Shown in pieces: positions 8,287-18,150 of a DNA stretch of 64,000 nt. Each line of letters begins with the position of its first letter. Position 1 is the first letter of the stretch. Source of the DNA: Dehalococcoidia bacterium (GTDB lineage Bacteria; Chloroflexota; Dehalococcoidia; Dehalococcoidales; W498); contig DUFC01000031.1 of the NCBI GenBank assembly GCA_011191875.1, forward strand, positions 42,879-106,878, written 5' to 3'. Below the pieces are notes generated by a model. That model saw only the letters and a program-made list of their open reading frames with translations, was not told the DNA's origin and ran no database searches. The position numbers and the translations under genes are program-made.

Positions 8287-8784
8287 TTAGGCTTCTAGAT
8301 TAAGAAGATAGCTTTTCCATTCTAGTCCCCCACTGTAGCCACCGAACTTACCATCGGTAGTTATTACCCGATGACAGGGGATAACGATAGGTAGAGGATT
8401 TCTGGCTAGAGCCTGCCCCACCGCCCGTACTGCCTCTGGTCTATTAATCTGCCCAGCCACCCAGACATAACTTCTGGTCTCACCGTAAGGGATGAGCCTG
8501 GTTACTTCCCATACCTCACGCTGAAAGGCAGTAGCCCCTGACAGGTCAAGCTCGTCTGGAAAGGTTATCCTATGACCATCAAAGTAAATCCTGAGGCGCT
8601 GGACCAGGTCATCAAACAAGTACGGAGCCCAGGTGGCACAGTTTACGCTGTCACCTAATAGTTGATGCACTGCTTGAGCTGAGCGCTGGGGCAGGGTGGT
8701 ACGCAGTAGCCCCCTTGCCGAGCCTAACATGCCTACCCAACCTATATCAGTATCAAAGGCGGTGTATTTTAACTCCCCAGTCAC
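8287..8784 (-). CDS. ogt: Methylated-DNA--protein-cysteine methyltransferase (Ogt/MGMT)
   Basis: 165 aa with the active-site motif IPCHRV and a C-terminal GGYSGGLEWKSYLL. Confidence 0.85.
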   Translation of the reverse strand: MTGELKYTAFDTDIGWVGMLGSARGLLRTTLPQRSAQAVHQLLGDSVNCATWAPYLFDDLVQRLRIYFDGHRITFPDELDLSGATAFQREVWEVTRLIPYGETRSYVWVAGQINRPEAVRAVGQALARNPLPIVIPCHRVITTDGKFGGYSGGLEWKSYLLNLEA

Positions 8785-8788
8785 AGTA

Positions 8789-9334
8789 TTACCCTAGCTC
8801 AGGCTCAATCAGACCGTAGTTGCCATCCTTTCGTCGGTATAACAGATTAAGTTCTTCAGTATCAGCATTAAGGAACAGGAAGAAATCATGACCCAAAAGC
8901 TCCATCTGGTCTATGGCTTTAGCCATTGACATTGGCTTAACGGCAAAACGCTTAACCTTCACTATATCTTGGGTAGGTTTTACTGCCTCTACTTCTTCGC
9001 TGAATTTACCTCGGGCAAACGAGTTACCCCTCCCCTTTTCATATAGTTTCCCCTTGTAGTGCTTGATTTGCCGATTCATAACCTCCACTACCTTATCAAT
9101 GGCAGTGAACAGGTCTTGCCCTCTCTCTTCACCACGAAGTCGGGTGCCGCTACTATGTATAGTTACCCGCACTACAAAGCGCTGCTGGGGGGATTTTGTC
9201 TTTTCTTCAGAGATTTCTACCCTGGACTCAACAATATTAGGTAGATAACGGTTAAGCTTGCCTAACTTGCGCTTAATGTAGCCATGCACTGCCGGTGATA
9301 AGTCTATATTCTTACCTGTTATCTGTAACTCCAT
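8789..9334 (-). CDS. hpf: Ribosome hibernation promoting factor, long form
   Basis: 181 aa. The N-terminal MELQITGKNIDLSPAVHGYIKRKLGKLNRY is typical of the S30AE/HPF family, and the C-terminal dimerisation extension is present. Confidence 0.9.
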   Translation of the reverse strand: MELQITGKNIDLSPAVHGYIKRKLGKLNRYLPNIVESRVEISEEKTKSPQQRFVVRVTIHSSGTRLRGEERGQDLFTAIDKVVEVMNRQIKHYKGKLYEKGRGNSFARGKFSEEVEAVKPTQDIVKVKRFAVKPMSMAKAIDQMELLGHDFFLFLNADTEELNLLYRRKDGNYGLIEPELG

Positions 9335-9364
9335 CTGTGTGTTTTCCTTCCCTCCTTAATTCAC

Positions 9365-10075
9365 TTAAATTTCTCTGGCTAGCACTAGCCCCCACACCAT
9401 GGTAGCCCCGCCTGCTTTTAGCGCCACAGCACAGGCATCAAGGGTAGCTCCAGAGGTGGAGACATCGTCTATCAGCAGCACTTGTTTACTCCGTAGCCTG
9501 TGGTCACGACAGGCAAAAGCACCACCTACATTGCTCCGCCGTTCATCCACAGTTGACGCTTTAGCCTGAGGAAATGCGTGGTGCTGCCGAATGAGGCAGT
9601 CATCTACTACCGGTAGCATAGTGAGCCTGCCTAGCTCCTGAGCCAGCAGGCGGGATTGATTGTAGCCACGCTCCTTGAGCCGCTTCTGATGTAGTGGCAC
9701 CGGCACCAGAATTTCTCCGGGCACAGGGTTGGTAACAAGATAATCATACAATAACTTAGCCAAAGGTTGAGCCAGGGCTCGAAGGTTCCGATACTTTAGC
9801 TGATGGATGGACTGGCGCATTACTCCGTCAAATCGGAATGGGGAACGAATGCCATCTATCTCTGCCTGCCAGCCAACACAACTGGAGCAAAGTATACCGC
9901 TGGGTTGAGGTCTACCACACCGGGGACAAAGCGGGGGCATAATTTGTGGTAGTAACTGACGGCAAGACTGGCAAAGAAAATCACCCTCTCTCCCACAGCC
10001 AATACACCACCGGGGGAATAAAAGGTCAAGTGCCATCCCCTTGAGTTTAGCTACCTGAGGAAGCACATTTACCAC
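9365..10075 (-). CDS. comF: ComF-family phosphoribosyltransferase-domain protein
   Basis: 236 aa. The N-terminal region has paired Zn-finger cysteines (CIGCG...CQSC...CPRCG...CSSC). The C-terminal PRTase motif is VLLIDDVSTSGATL. Confidence 0.8.
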   Translation of the reverse strand: MVNVLPQVAKLKGMALDLLFPRWCIGCGREGDFLCQSCRQLLPQIMPPLCPRCGRPQPSGILCSSCVGWQAEIDGIRSPFRFDGVMRQSIHQLKYRNLRALAQPLAKLLYDYLVTNPVPGEILVPVPLHQKRLKERGYNQSRLLAQELGRLTMLPVVDDCLIRQHHAFPQAKASTVDERRSNVGGAFACRDHRLRSKQVLLIDDVSTSGATLDACAVALKAGGATMVWGLVLAREI

Positions 10076-10100
10076 CCGTAATTTAAAGCTTCAGGATATT

Positions 10101-10322
10101 CTAGCGGGAGCGGGGATTATGGAGTGCTCCACTCATAATGGGTTCATCAACATAGACATCGCCATTCCTGATTTTCAGGTTGAAGCCGCAATCAGGATTG
10201 GTGCAAACCCATGCTTTGTAATGGATAGCTGCCCCTTGACTGCCAAAATCAGACAAGGGCACCAAATCTCCAGACTTACACTTTTGGCACTTGGGAAAAC
10301 TGAATTGTTCCACGGGGTCCAC
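10101..10322 (-). CDS. Small hypothetical zinc-ribbon protein
   Basis: 73 codons with CQKC ... CTNPDC cysteine pairs. The listed start is GTG directly abutting GGAGGT, so the GTG at 10313 gives better SD spacing. I recognise no family. Confidence 0.45.
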   Translation of the reverse strand: MDPVEQFSFPKCQKCKSGDLVPLSDFGSQGAAIHYKAWVCTNPDCGFNLKIRNGDVYVDEPIMSGALHNPRSR

Positions 10323-10462
10323 CTCCCAACCGAAATTGATTTGTCACAGTATACAATAAAGTGGTGGCTGTTGACAAGGGCTTGTTGTGCGCATCCAATA
10401 CTCTGGTGACAAATCGCTCTCCTTTCAAAGTCATAGAAGGTGTCGAATATTTCCCTCTGTTC

Positions 10463-10499
10463 GTCATTGCGAGCCCTTCGTTAGAAAGACGTAGCAATC
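10463..10499. repeat. Short GTCATTGC...GCAATCC hairpin repeat
   Basis: gtcattgcgagcccttcgttagaaagacgtagcaatcc has ATTGC/GCAAT ends and the same terminal motif as the other copies. Confidence 0.5.
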
Positions 10500-10522
10500 C
10501 CGGTGGTGGGGCATTTATGGAA

Positions 10523-10585
10523 ATTGCTTCGTTTCCCCTTTGCTGTCCTTTCGCTTCACTAAGGGCTTCGGCTCACCACAATGAC
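10523..10585 (-). repeat. Interspersed repeat, type A, copy 2 (inverted orientation)
   Basis: The reverse complement reads gtcattgtggtgagccgaagcccttagtgaagcgaaaggacagcaaaggggaaacgaagcaat, which aligns with 8077-8133. Confidence 0.8.
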
Positions 10586-10692
10586 ATCGAATCGAGGATA
10601 AGGTGTACCGCATTCTGAGTGACAATCTCCTGTCCCCTAACCCTAGTATTAATTCCTGACTAAAATGATATAATTAAAAGGGTAACAGGCTT

Positions 10693-11172
10693 ATGATTCG
10701 TGAGTGCCAGCCAAACGATATTAACCGAATATACTTAATCATCAGCGAGGCAGCCCAAGCCTATGAAGGTGTTATACCGGCTGATTGCTACCACCAGCCC
10801 TATATGCCTATGGACGAACTTCAGCAGGAAATGAAGCGTATGACCTTCTTTGGCTGGGAGGCAAATAGAGAACTTATCGGGGTAATGGGGTTTGAGCCGG
10901 TTAAGGATGTTACCCTCATCCGCCATGCCTATATATTACCCCAGTGGCAGAAACAGGGAATAGGCAGTAAGCTCTTAAACCACCTCAAGGGTCTGGTTAT
11001 GACTTCCCGCCTGCTGGTGGGGACCTGGGCTGATGCCTACTGGGCAATTGATTTTTATAAAAAACACGGCTTCAACCTCTTAACTAATAAGGATGAGCTA
11101 CTAAAAACCTACTGGGACATCCCCCACCGACAGATTGAGACATCGGTGGTGCTGGGGGTGGAGATGAAGTAG
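10693..11172 (+). CDS. GNAT-family N-acetyltransferase
   Basis: 159 aa with the acetyl-CoA binding motif QWQKQGIGSKLL and FYKKHGF near the C-terminus. Confidence 0.8.
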   Translation: MIRECQPNDINRIYLIISEAAQAYEGVIPADCYHQPYMPMDELQQEMKRMTFFGWEANRELIGVMGFEPVKDVTLIRHAYILPQWQKQGIGSKLLNHLKGLVMTSRLLVGTWADAYWAIDFYKKHGFNLLTNKDELLKTYWDIPHRQIETSVVLGVEMK

Positions 11173-11175
11173 CTA

Positions 11176-11418
11176 TTATACTGAAGTCTTCGAATTACTT
11201 GTTTCTCCCAAGTCAAACTGGGATTTATTTCCCTGTGACCTGTCCACAACCCTTCCTATCATCTTCTCAACACTATTATTCGCTCTCACCCAAATTATGT
11301 CGATACCAGGATTATTATTCTTAAACACTCTAAAAATTTTATCTGCAAACGCTTGACATATAAAGCCTACCTCTTCAAAGTCAAGAAAAACCTCTCTAAA
11401 AGGCTCCAATCGTGCCAT
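11176..11418 (-). CDS. Short STAS-like (DUF4325-type) domain protein, possibly N-terminally truncated
   Basis: 80 aa. VFLDFEEVGFICQAFADKIFRVF...IIWVRANNSVEKMIGRV resembles my recollection of the DUF4325 core (LDF.GV..is.sFaDe.f). The usual ~30 N-terminal residues are absent, and the ORF abuts the mtaB stop. Confidence 0.4.
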   Translation of the reverse strand: MARLEPFREVFLDFEEVGFICQAFADKIFRVFKNNNPGIDIIWVRANNSVEKMIGRVVDRSQGNKSQFDLGETSNSKTSV

Positions 11419-11439
11419 ACTTTTTAAGGTGTATTTTAC

Positions 11440-12735
11440 TTATTTGCCCAATACCTCCCCCCACACCCCATCCCCACTAACTTCCACCAGCTTCACTGGC
11501 AGGAGCTTGTTGGTTAAATCTTCGTCACTTTTAGTATATACTTTTATGTAGTTATCGGTGATACCGGACCAGACGCCGCCAGATTGTTTTTCCCACAATA
11601 CAGGCATGGTCTTGCCTAAGGACCGTTGCCTGAAATTCTCGGCGCTTTCTTTGGCTGAAGCCAGCGTTTTCTGGCTTCGCTCCCTCTTAACTTTATCACC
11701 AACCGGCTGGGGCATCCGGGCAGCCTCAGTTCCCTGACGGGGTGAGTAGGGGAATACATGAATCCGGGCAAATTCAAGCTGCTGGCAAAGCTTATAGCTC
11801 TGTTCAAACTCTGCTGAAGTCTCACCTGGGAAACCAACAATAATATCAGTGGTGATAGCTGCCTCAGGCACCTGAGCCCGAATTAAAGATACCACCTGCT
11901 GATAATCGCTAACGCAGTAGCGCCGTTTCATCAGCCTAAGCACCCGGTCACTGCCACTCTGGAGGGACAGGTGAAAGTGGCGGCATAGCCTGTTATCATT
12001 CCATAGCCCGATAAGCTCGGGCGAGATTTCCTGGGGCTGGAGAGAGGATAGCCTTAACCTGGTTACATTGGTCTTAGCTAAGATATTCTCCAGTAACCCC
12101 CTTAGATTAACCCCATCGTAGTTATATGAGCCAATCTCAGTCCCGGTTAATACCACCTCTTTATAGCCATCACTAATCCGGTGCCTGACCTCGGCAACAA
12201 CCTGGTCAACGGGTAAGCTTTTCTCCCTGCCCCGGACCAGGGGCACAATGCAGTAGGAGCAAAAGCTATCGCAACCATCCTGAACCTTGATGAAGGCACG
12301 AGTCCTGAAACCATTGTAATGGCGGCTTGTTGAACCACATTGAACACAGGCTGAACTGCTTATCAGACCTGACTTTTCCAGAAGGGGTAGTAGATACGGC
12401 TTTTCCTCATTGCCCACGACAAGGCTAACTCCCTCAATCTGAGCCAGCTCGTCGGGGGCTCGCTGAGCATAGCAGCCAGTAGCCACCAGCCGGGCGCCAG
12501 AATTTCGCCAATGTGCCAGCCTAAGCCAGTGACGGGATTTGCGGTCGGCAATATGAGTAACCGTACAGGTATTTAGTATATAAACATCAGCCGTGTCAGT
12601 GGGAGATACCAGCTTATACCCCGCATCAGCCAACTGCCTGGCTAAAAGCTCCGTCTCAGCTTGATTAAGCTTACAGCCTAAGCTATCTAATGCTACCTTT
12701 ACACTCTCCAATTGACTATCCGACCACTGAAGCAT
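11440..12735 (-). CDS. mtaB: MiaB-like radical SAM methylthiotransferase (MtaB type)
   Basis: 431 aa with an N-terminal UPF0004 cysteine pattern, the radical SAM motif CDSFCSYC and a C-terminal TRAM-like region. Confidence 0.85.
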   Translation of the reverse strand: MLQWSDSQLESVKVALDSLGCKLNQAETELLARQLADAGYKLVSPTDTADVYILNTCTVTHIADRKSRHWLRLAHWRNSGARLVATGCYAQRAPDELAQIEGVSLVVGNEEKPYLLPLLEKSGLISSSACVQCGSTSRHYNGFRTRAFIKVQDGCDSFCSYCIVPLVRGREKSLPVDQVVAEVRHRISDGYKEVVLTGTEIGSYNYDGVNLRGLLENILAKTNVTRLRLSSLQPQEISPELIGLWNDNRLCRHFHLSLQSGSDRVLRLMKRRYCVSDYQQVVSLIRAQVPEAAITTDIIVGFPGETSAEFEQSYKLCQQLEFARIHVFPYSPRQGTEAARMPQPVGDKVKRERSQKTLASAKESAENFRQRSLGKTMPVLWEKQSGGVWSGITDNYIKVYTKSDEDLTNKLLPVKLVEVSGDGVWGEVLGK

Positions 12736-12777
12736 TATACTTTCTGTATTCTCACCCGGTCAAATACAAGCTACCCT

Positions 12778-12806
12778 TGCCAATAAGCTGACATTGTGGT
12801 AATAAT
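12778..12806 (+). promoter_or_regulatory. Candidate promoter for fabF-recJ
   Basis: TTGCCA (12778-12783), a 17-nt spacer ending in TGG, then TAATAA (12801-12806). Confidence 0.4.
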
Positions 12807-12844
12807 TATTTAACCTTAGTAGAGGATAAATTGAGGAGGAGAAG

Positions 12845-14101
12845 TTGATAAACAATGACAATAACAGGGTGGTGGTTACTGGCATAGGGCTTGTGTGCCC
12901 ACTAGGTCTTAATGCCTCCGCTACCTGGGAAGCTCTTATCGGTGGCAAGTCCGGCATTGACTATATCACCCTATTTGACGCTGAGCTTCTTGAAACCAAG
13001 ATTGCCGGTGAGGTAAAGGGGTTTGAGTCCACTGATTATATCAACCGTAAGGATGCCCGCCGCATGGACCGCTTTACTCAACTGGCAGTAGCCGCCAGCC
13101 TGCAGGCAGTGGAGCAAGCTGGGCTGCAAATTAATTCTATGAATCAGGATAATATCGGTGTCATAGTTGGCAGTGGCATTGGCGGTCTAACCACCCTATT
13201 CGAACAAACCGAACTCATGTTAGCAAAAGGACCAGACAGGGTAAGTCCATTCCTAGCTCCAATGATGATAGTTGATATGGCGGCGGCTCAGGTATCCATT
13301 ATGTTGGGAGTAAAGGGACCAAATCTCTGCATCACTTCGGCTTGCTCCAGCGGCTCTGATGCCATAGGAGCTGCCTATGAACTAGTAAAGCATGGTGATC
13401 TTCAGGCGGTGATAGCTGGTGGCAGTGAGGCAATAATCAACCCAATAGGTATTACCGCTTTCAATGCCCTCAAAGCTATCTCAACCAGAAATGATGAGCC
13501 ACAGTTGGCTTCCCGTCCCTTTGATGCTGAGCGTGATGGTTTCGTTATTAGTGAAGGTTCTGGTCTTCTTATCTTAGAAAGTCTTGCCCATGCCCAGAAA
13601 CGAGGGGCTAATATTCTGGCTGAAATTGTAGCTTATGGAGCCAGCGCTGATGCCTACCATATTACCCAGCCTGATGAAAACGGGGATGGTGCTATTAGGG
13701 CAATGAAGATAGCACTTGATAAAGCAGGTATTACTCCTGATGAAATTGATTATATTAACGCTCACGGCACATCTACACCGCTAAACGACAAGGTGGAGAC
13801 TACAGCGATAAAGACTGTATTCGGCGACAACGCCTATAAAACCCCGATAAGCTCCACCAAGTCTATGATGGGACATCTTATAGGCGGTGCCGGGGCTGTC
13901 GAGGCGGCAATATGTATTATGGCTATCCAGAAAGGAATAATTCCGCCAACGATAAACCTCACTCACCCCGACCCCGAATGCGACCTAGACTATGTGCCTA
14001 ATGTAGCCCGCCAAGCCAAAGTTACCACTACCCTTTCCAACTCTTTCGGCTTTGGTGGTCATAATTCAGTTCTAGTCTTTCGACAATACTCTGAGGCATA
14101 A
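12845..14101 (+). CDS. fabF: 3-oxoacyl-ACP synthase II
   Basis: 418 aa with a TTG start after GAGGAGGAG. The active-site Cys lies in ITSACSSG, His residues lie in HGTSTP and GHLIG, and the C-terminus has GFGGHNS. Confidence 0.9.
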   Translation: MINNDNNRVVVTGIGLVCPLGLNASATWEALIGGKSGIDYITLFDAELLETKIAGEVKGFESTDYINRKDARRMDRFTQLAVAASLQAVEQAGLQINSMNQDNIGVIVGSGIGGLTTLFEQTELMLAKGPDRVSPFLAPMMIVDMAAAQVSIMLGVKGPNLCITSACSSGSDAIGAAYELVKHGDLQAVIAGGSEAIINPIGITAFNALKAISTRNDEPQLASRPFDAERDGFVISEGSGLLILESLAHAQKRGANILAEIVAYGASADAYHITQPDENGDGAIRAMKIALDKAGITPDEIDYINAHGTSTPLNDKVETTAIKTVFGDNAYKTPISSTKSMMGHLIGGAGAVEAAICIMAIQKGIIPPTINLTHPDPECDLDYVPNVARQAKVTTTLSNSFGFGGHNSVLVFRQYSEA

Positions 14102-14103
14102 GC

Positions 14104-15786
14104 TTGAATCATAGCCATTGGAATCTTCTCCCGCCAGTTCCAGATAAGCATCTAGTTAACGATTCGGGTTTTCCCCCATTAATGGCTCAACTACTGTATA
14201 ATCGGGGTCTTGCTGAGCCATCTCAGTTAGAACTATTCATCACCGGCGATAAACGCCTATCAGGTAATCCCTTCCTGCTACCTGACATGCACCAGGCGGT
14301 AGCTAGAATTTACCAGGCTCTGCTCTCCGGGGAAAATATTGCTATCTATGGCGACTATGATGTTGACGGCATCACCGCCACTGCTCTGCTAGTCCAGGGG
14401 CTATCAAGCCTTGGTGGTAAGGTTATACCATACATACCACACCGCCTGACTGAAGGCTATGGTCTTAAAACAACCGCCTTGGAGAAGCTTCACCGGCAAG
14501 GTATTAGTCTGGTTATTACGGTTGATTGCGGAATTACCGCCCTATCCCAGGTCAGGAAGGCAAAAAGGATGGGGCTTGATATAATTATTACCGACCACCA
14601 CACCCCCCTACCTGAAATCCCACCAGCCATTGCTAACGTTAACCCCAAATTGCCCGACTCAAACTACTCCTTTTCAGAACTAGCCGGTGTGGGGGTAGCC
14701 TTTAAGCTCCTTCAAGCTCTGTTCCAAAGTATTGGCAGAGAGCAGCAATTAGACGAACTAATAGACTTGGTAGCCCTGGGGACTGTAGCCGATATGGTGC
14801 CACTGCTAGAGGAAAACCGGTATCTGGTTAAGCAAGGGCTGAAGCTAATTAATGCCAGCCCCCGCCTTGGCGTTAGAGAAATAATGACCCAGGCCGGGCT
14901 AAACATCGGCACTATTGACCCGGAAACCATCTCCTGGATTTTAGCCCCACGCTTAAACGCTGCCGGCAGATTAGCCCATGCCATGAGCAGCTATAAATTG
15001 CTAACGACAGATTCACCACAGGAAGCACAAGGGCTATCAATATGGCTAGAACAAAAAAACGCTGAGCGGCAAAGGCTAACCAATAGCCTCCTAACTAAGG
15101 CTAGGGAGCAAGTATTAGCCCAGGGAATTTCATCACTTTTGGTAGCCAGCGATAATAACTACCCTGCCGGAATCGCTGGGCTGATAGCCGGTAGGCTGTC
15201 AGAGGAATTCTACCGTCCGACTATTGTTATCAGAATTGGTGAGCAGGTAAGTAGCGGTAGCTGCCGTAGCATTCCTGAGTTTAATATTATCCTCGCCCTA
15301 AATCAGTGCAGTAGCCTCTTATCTCAGTTTGGTGGTCACTCCCAGGCAGCCGGTTTTATCCTGCCAACTGAGAATTTGGCTCACCTCAAGCAAACCCTTT
15401 CCCAATTGGCAACTACCCAGCTAGCTGGGGTTGACCTTCGTCCCTGCCTTGATATTGATGTTGAGGTTACCCTACCCGACTTGGGCAGAGATATTTTCCA
15501 AACCATTCAACTACTAGCCCCCTTTGGTCAGGGTAATCCACTGCCAACCTTCCTCAGTCGTGGGGTAGAGGTTACTGATTGTCATACTATGGGCAGTGAG
15601 GGGGAACACCTGAGACTGAAACTAAAGCAGGGTGGTCCTATATGGGATGGGGTGGGTTTCAGATTAGGTAACTATTTGGCTGAGGTATCTCCGCTTCTTG
15701 ACATCGTGTATAACCTAAAAATAGATCGGTGGGGTGGGGAGGAGAAGCTCAGGCTCAATATCCTTGACTTCGCCCCGACTAACTGA
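14104..15786 (+). CDS. recJ: Single-stranded-DNA-specific exonuclease RecJ
   Basis: 560 aa with DHH family motifs (GDYDVDGIT, DCG, ITDHH) and DHHA1 (GGHSQAAG). Confidence 0.9.
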   Translation: MNHSHWNLLPPVPDKHLVNDSGFPPLMAQLLYNRGLAEPSQLELFITGDKRLSGNPFLLPDMHQAVARIYQALLSGENIAIYGDYDVDGITATALLVQGLSSLGGKVIPYIPHRLTEGYGLKTTALEKLHRQGISLVITVDCGITALSQVRKAKRMGLDIIITDHHTPLPEIPPAIANVNPKLPDSNYSFSELAGVGVAFKLLQALFQSIGREQQLDELIDLVALGTVADMVPLLEENRYLVKQGLKLINASPRLGVREIMTQAGLNIGTIDPETISWILAPRLNAAGRLAHAMSSYKLLTTDSPQEAQGLSIWLEQKNAERQRLTNSLLTKAREQVLAQGISSLLVASDNNYPAGIAGLIAGRLSEEFYRPTIVIRIGEQVSSGSCRSIPEFNIILALNQCSSLLSQFGGHSQAAGFILPTENLAHLKQTLSQLATTQLAGVDLRPCLDIDVEVTLPDLGRDIFQTIQLLAPFGQGNPLPTFLSRGVEVTDCHTMGSEGEHLRLKLKQGGPIWDGVGFRLGNYLAEVSPLLDIVYNLKIDRWGGEEKLRLNILDFAPTN

Positions 15787-15957
15787 GCCACGGGGGCGCA
15801 ATTCGTCAGGTCGTGTAGTCAAGGTAGCTTTTTAAAACTCGTTGCTTACTTAGCCTTTCCATCTCAGATTCGTGTTGGGCTCTGACACGGCGAAGGCTTC
15901 GTGCTCTAACGCGCTTGTTCTGACCGTTGGCTAGTCTTATCTACTGCTAAACAGTGC

Positions 15958-18150
15958 TTATCCCCCAATCGGGGTCAAGGCATCAATAGCGGGCAGGTAG
16001 ACTTCCTCGTAGTGGAAGTCGCGCTCGCTAGCTGTGCTCTGCAACAGGATAAAGCAACTGGTCCCGTCACTTTCGGCTACAGCCAGATCAATCGACAAAT
16101 CCTGCAGTTCGAATTCATACAGCGACCAGTTAATGTCATTAGCCTGGCGGCTGCCTACGCTTTCCGGGACTTCATCAAGACCAAAACTCGCGGTCAGTAA
16201 TTGTAAAAGTGCATCAGCTCCTATACCTGGCGCCACCTGTTGAAGAATTGAAACTAGGCCCAGCGCCGACCGCGTATACACGCTCGGGTACAGTTCGTCC
16301 CAGCCTTCGGGCACGACGCCGCTGATACCGAAGAGCTTATCGGTAAAGGGTACCAGGGTAATCTCCGTCTCGGGAACGAAAAAGGCTGGACCGCTCATCA
16401 CAGCCACGCACGACCCATCTGGTTGTGTTGTCGGGTCATCCAGAAAAGCCAGGGCAATGCTGAGCGGGCATTCCTCTCCAGAAACACTGGCACCATGCCC
16501 TACGCCCGGAAATTCTAAGAGGAAACTGCCGCTTAAGTTATCGGTGACCATTTCACCCCAGGATGGCGGAGTGACGGGGTCATATTCGCCTGCCAGCACC
16601 AGTGTTGGGATGCCGCTAGCCACCGGCTCGTTTTCGATAGGATCAGCCTCCTTTGTGCCCCAGACCTCACAGATGGCACAGATGCCTTCATCTGGATGAC
16701 AGGTGCCGTAGAAAAAGCTTTGTAGTTCAGGATATGCATCGCAAGCGGCAGTGAGCTCTTCCGAGGTACTGAAGTGCACTTCTTCACCACACTGCACCGA
16801 ATAATTCATGCCATGGCTGACAAATTCTATGTCAACGAGGAAAGACCCCATCACTAGAGCCAGGGTGTCATAGTTGCCGTCACGGGCGTCGTAGATAATC
16901 CTGGGCAGATGGGGGATAAGCTCTGTCGAGTAGAGCGACTTAAACAAAAACCCAATCAGCCCATCACCGTTTATCAGCACATCGTAGGTCTCACCGGAGA
17001 GGGGTTGCGTTACTGAGAAAGTGACCGGTGAGGCATTCAGTTGCTCCACCAGTTCCCAAAAGACGGTCTCCAGCTCAGGATAGGCATCACTACAGGCAGG
17101 GTCAGCGGCGCAACCACCGAAAAAAACATCGAGGGCACGGTCAAAGTTAGCTGGTGTCTCGGTATTTATACTGACCTGCAACGGATAGGTCGAATCAAGG
17201 ATAACGCTGCGAATGCCTTCTGAGTAATCACGCATCGTGGTCAGGGCCAGCTTCGTGCCGTAGGAGATGCCGTAGAGGTTCCATTCCTCGTAGCCCAGCG
17301 CCAGACGCAGGTCGTTCAGGTCGGCAGCACTTTCTGCGCTGCTATAGGCTGCTAGATTTACGCCTTCACTCACCAGGCGGTCACGGCAACTACAAACCGC
17401 CTCAGCGCCCAACGCCACACCCTCTTCGGGGCTCAGGTCTTGAGCCAGGGTCTCGTAAGCCAGGTCGATAAGCTCCTGGCAATCGAGAGCAGGCTCTGAA
17501 TAGCCGACACCGCGCTGGTCGAAAATAATGAAGTCGCGGTCAGCCAGGAATGAAGCGAAACGCTGGTTGAAGGTAAGTGATGCTGCCTCCAGCGCGTGCT
17601 CACCGGGGCCGCCCGCAAGGTAGACAATCGGATCAGGGGCTGGGGTGTCGCTATAACTTCTGAATATGGCAAAATGCAGCTGGATGGTCGGTCCATCGGG
17701 TTGGCTGCGGTCTTCGGGAACAGTCAAATAGTCACAGTCAACGGTCTGACCCGGGGGAATCTGGAACTGGCATCGTGCCCACACCCTGAGAGTGTCTGAT
17801 AGCCCATCCAACTCAATATGGTAGGTCCCAGGAGTGTCCTTGGTTACCGTAAACAATACCTTCTCTTTGGCACCTGCTGCTACAGTAACCTCTTCTGTTT
17901 CCACCTCCACCCCATCGATTCTTATAGTTGCAATGTAGGTTCCTTCACTACCCCCGATGTTTTCCACTTCCACTGTAACATCAGTCGGTTCTCCGCTAAC
18001 CACTTCAGCCGGTGAGATATTGAGGGTAGTAACTTCAAATTCTGCCGGCTTAGCGCAACTAGTAGGGATAACGAGTGCAACTACCAGAGCAATAACTATA
18101 GCCGTAATAATATGCTTTTTCACCCTCGCCTCCATTCCAGTTTGGAACAC
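15958..18150 (-). CDS. Secreted or lipid-anchored alpha/beta-hydrolase peptidase (Tap/S33-like) with N-terminal CARDB-like domain
   Basis: A hydrophobic signal ends in IPTSC. A beta-rich CARDB-like module follows (FEVTTLNISPAEVVSGEPTDVTVEVENIGGSEGTY...). The hydrolase core has GGPGE and the nucleophile elbow GISYGT. The likely true start is the GTG at 18123, preceded by GGAGGCGAGG. The gene body is markedly more GC-rich than its neighbours. Confidence 0.8.
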   Translation of the reverse strand: MFQTGMEARVKKHIITAIVIALVVALVIPTSCAKPAEFEVTTLNISPAEVVSGEPTDVTVEVENIGGSEGTYIATIRIDGVEVETEEVTVAAGAKEKVLFTVTKDTPGTYHIELDGLSDTLRVWARCQFQIPPGQTVDCDYLTVPEDRSQPDGPTIQLHFAIFRSYSDTPAPDPIVYLAGGPGEHALEAASLTFNQRFASFLADRDFIIFDQRGVGYSEPALDCQELIDLAYETLAQDLSPEEGVALGAEAVCSCRDRLVSEGVNLAAYSSAESAADLNDLRLALGYEEWNLYGISYGTKLALTTMRDYSEGIRSVILDSTYPLQVSINTETPANFDRALDVFFGGCAADPACSDAYPELETVFWELVEQLNASPVTFSVTQPLSGETYDVLINGDGLIGFLFKSLYSTELIPHLPRIIYDARDGNYDTLALVMGSFLVDIEFVSHGMNYSVQCGEEVHFSTSEELTAACDAYPELQSFFYGTCHPDEGICAICEVWGTKEADPIENEPVASGIPTLVLAGEYDPVTPPSWGEMVTDNLSGSFLLEFPGVGHGASVSGEECPLSIALAFLDDPTTQPDGSCVAVMSGPAFFVPETEITLVPFTDKLFGISGVVPEGWDELYPSVYTRSALGLVSILQQVAPGIGADALLQLLTASFGLDEVPESVGSRQANDINWSLYEFELQDLSIDLAVAESDGTSCFILLQSTASERDFHYEEVYLPAIDALTPIGG

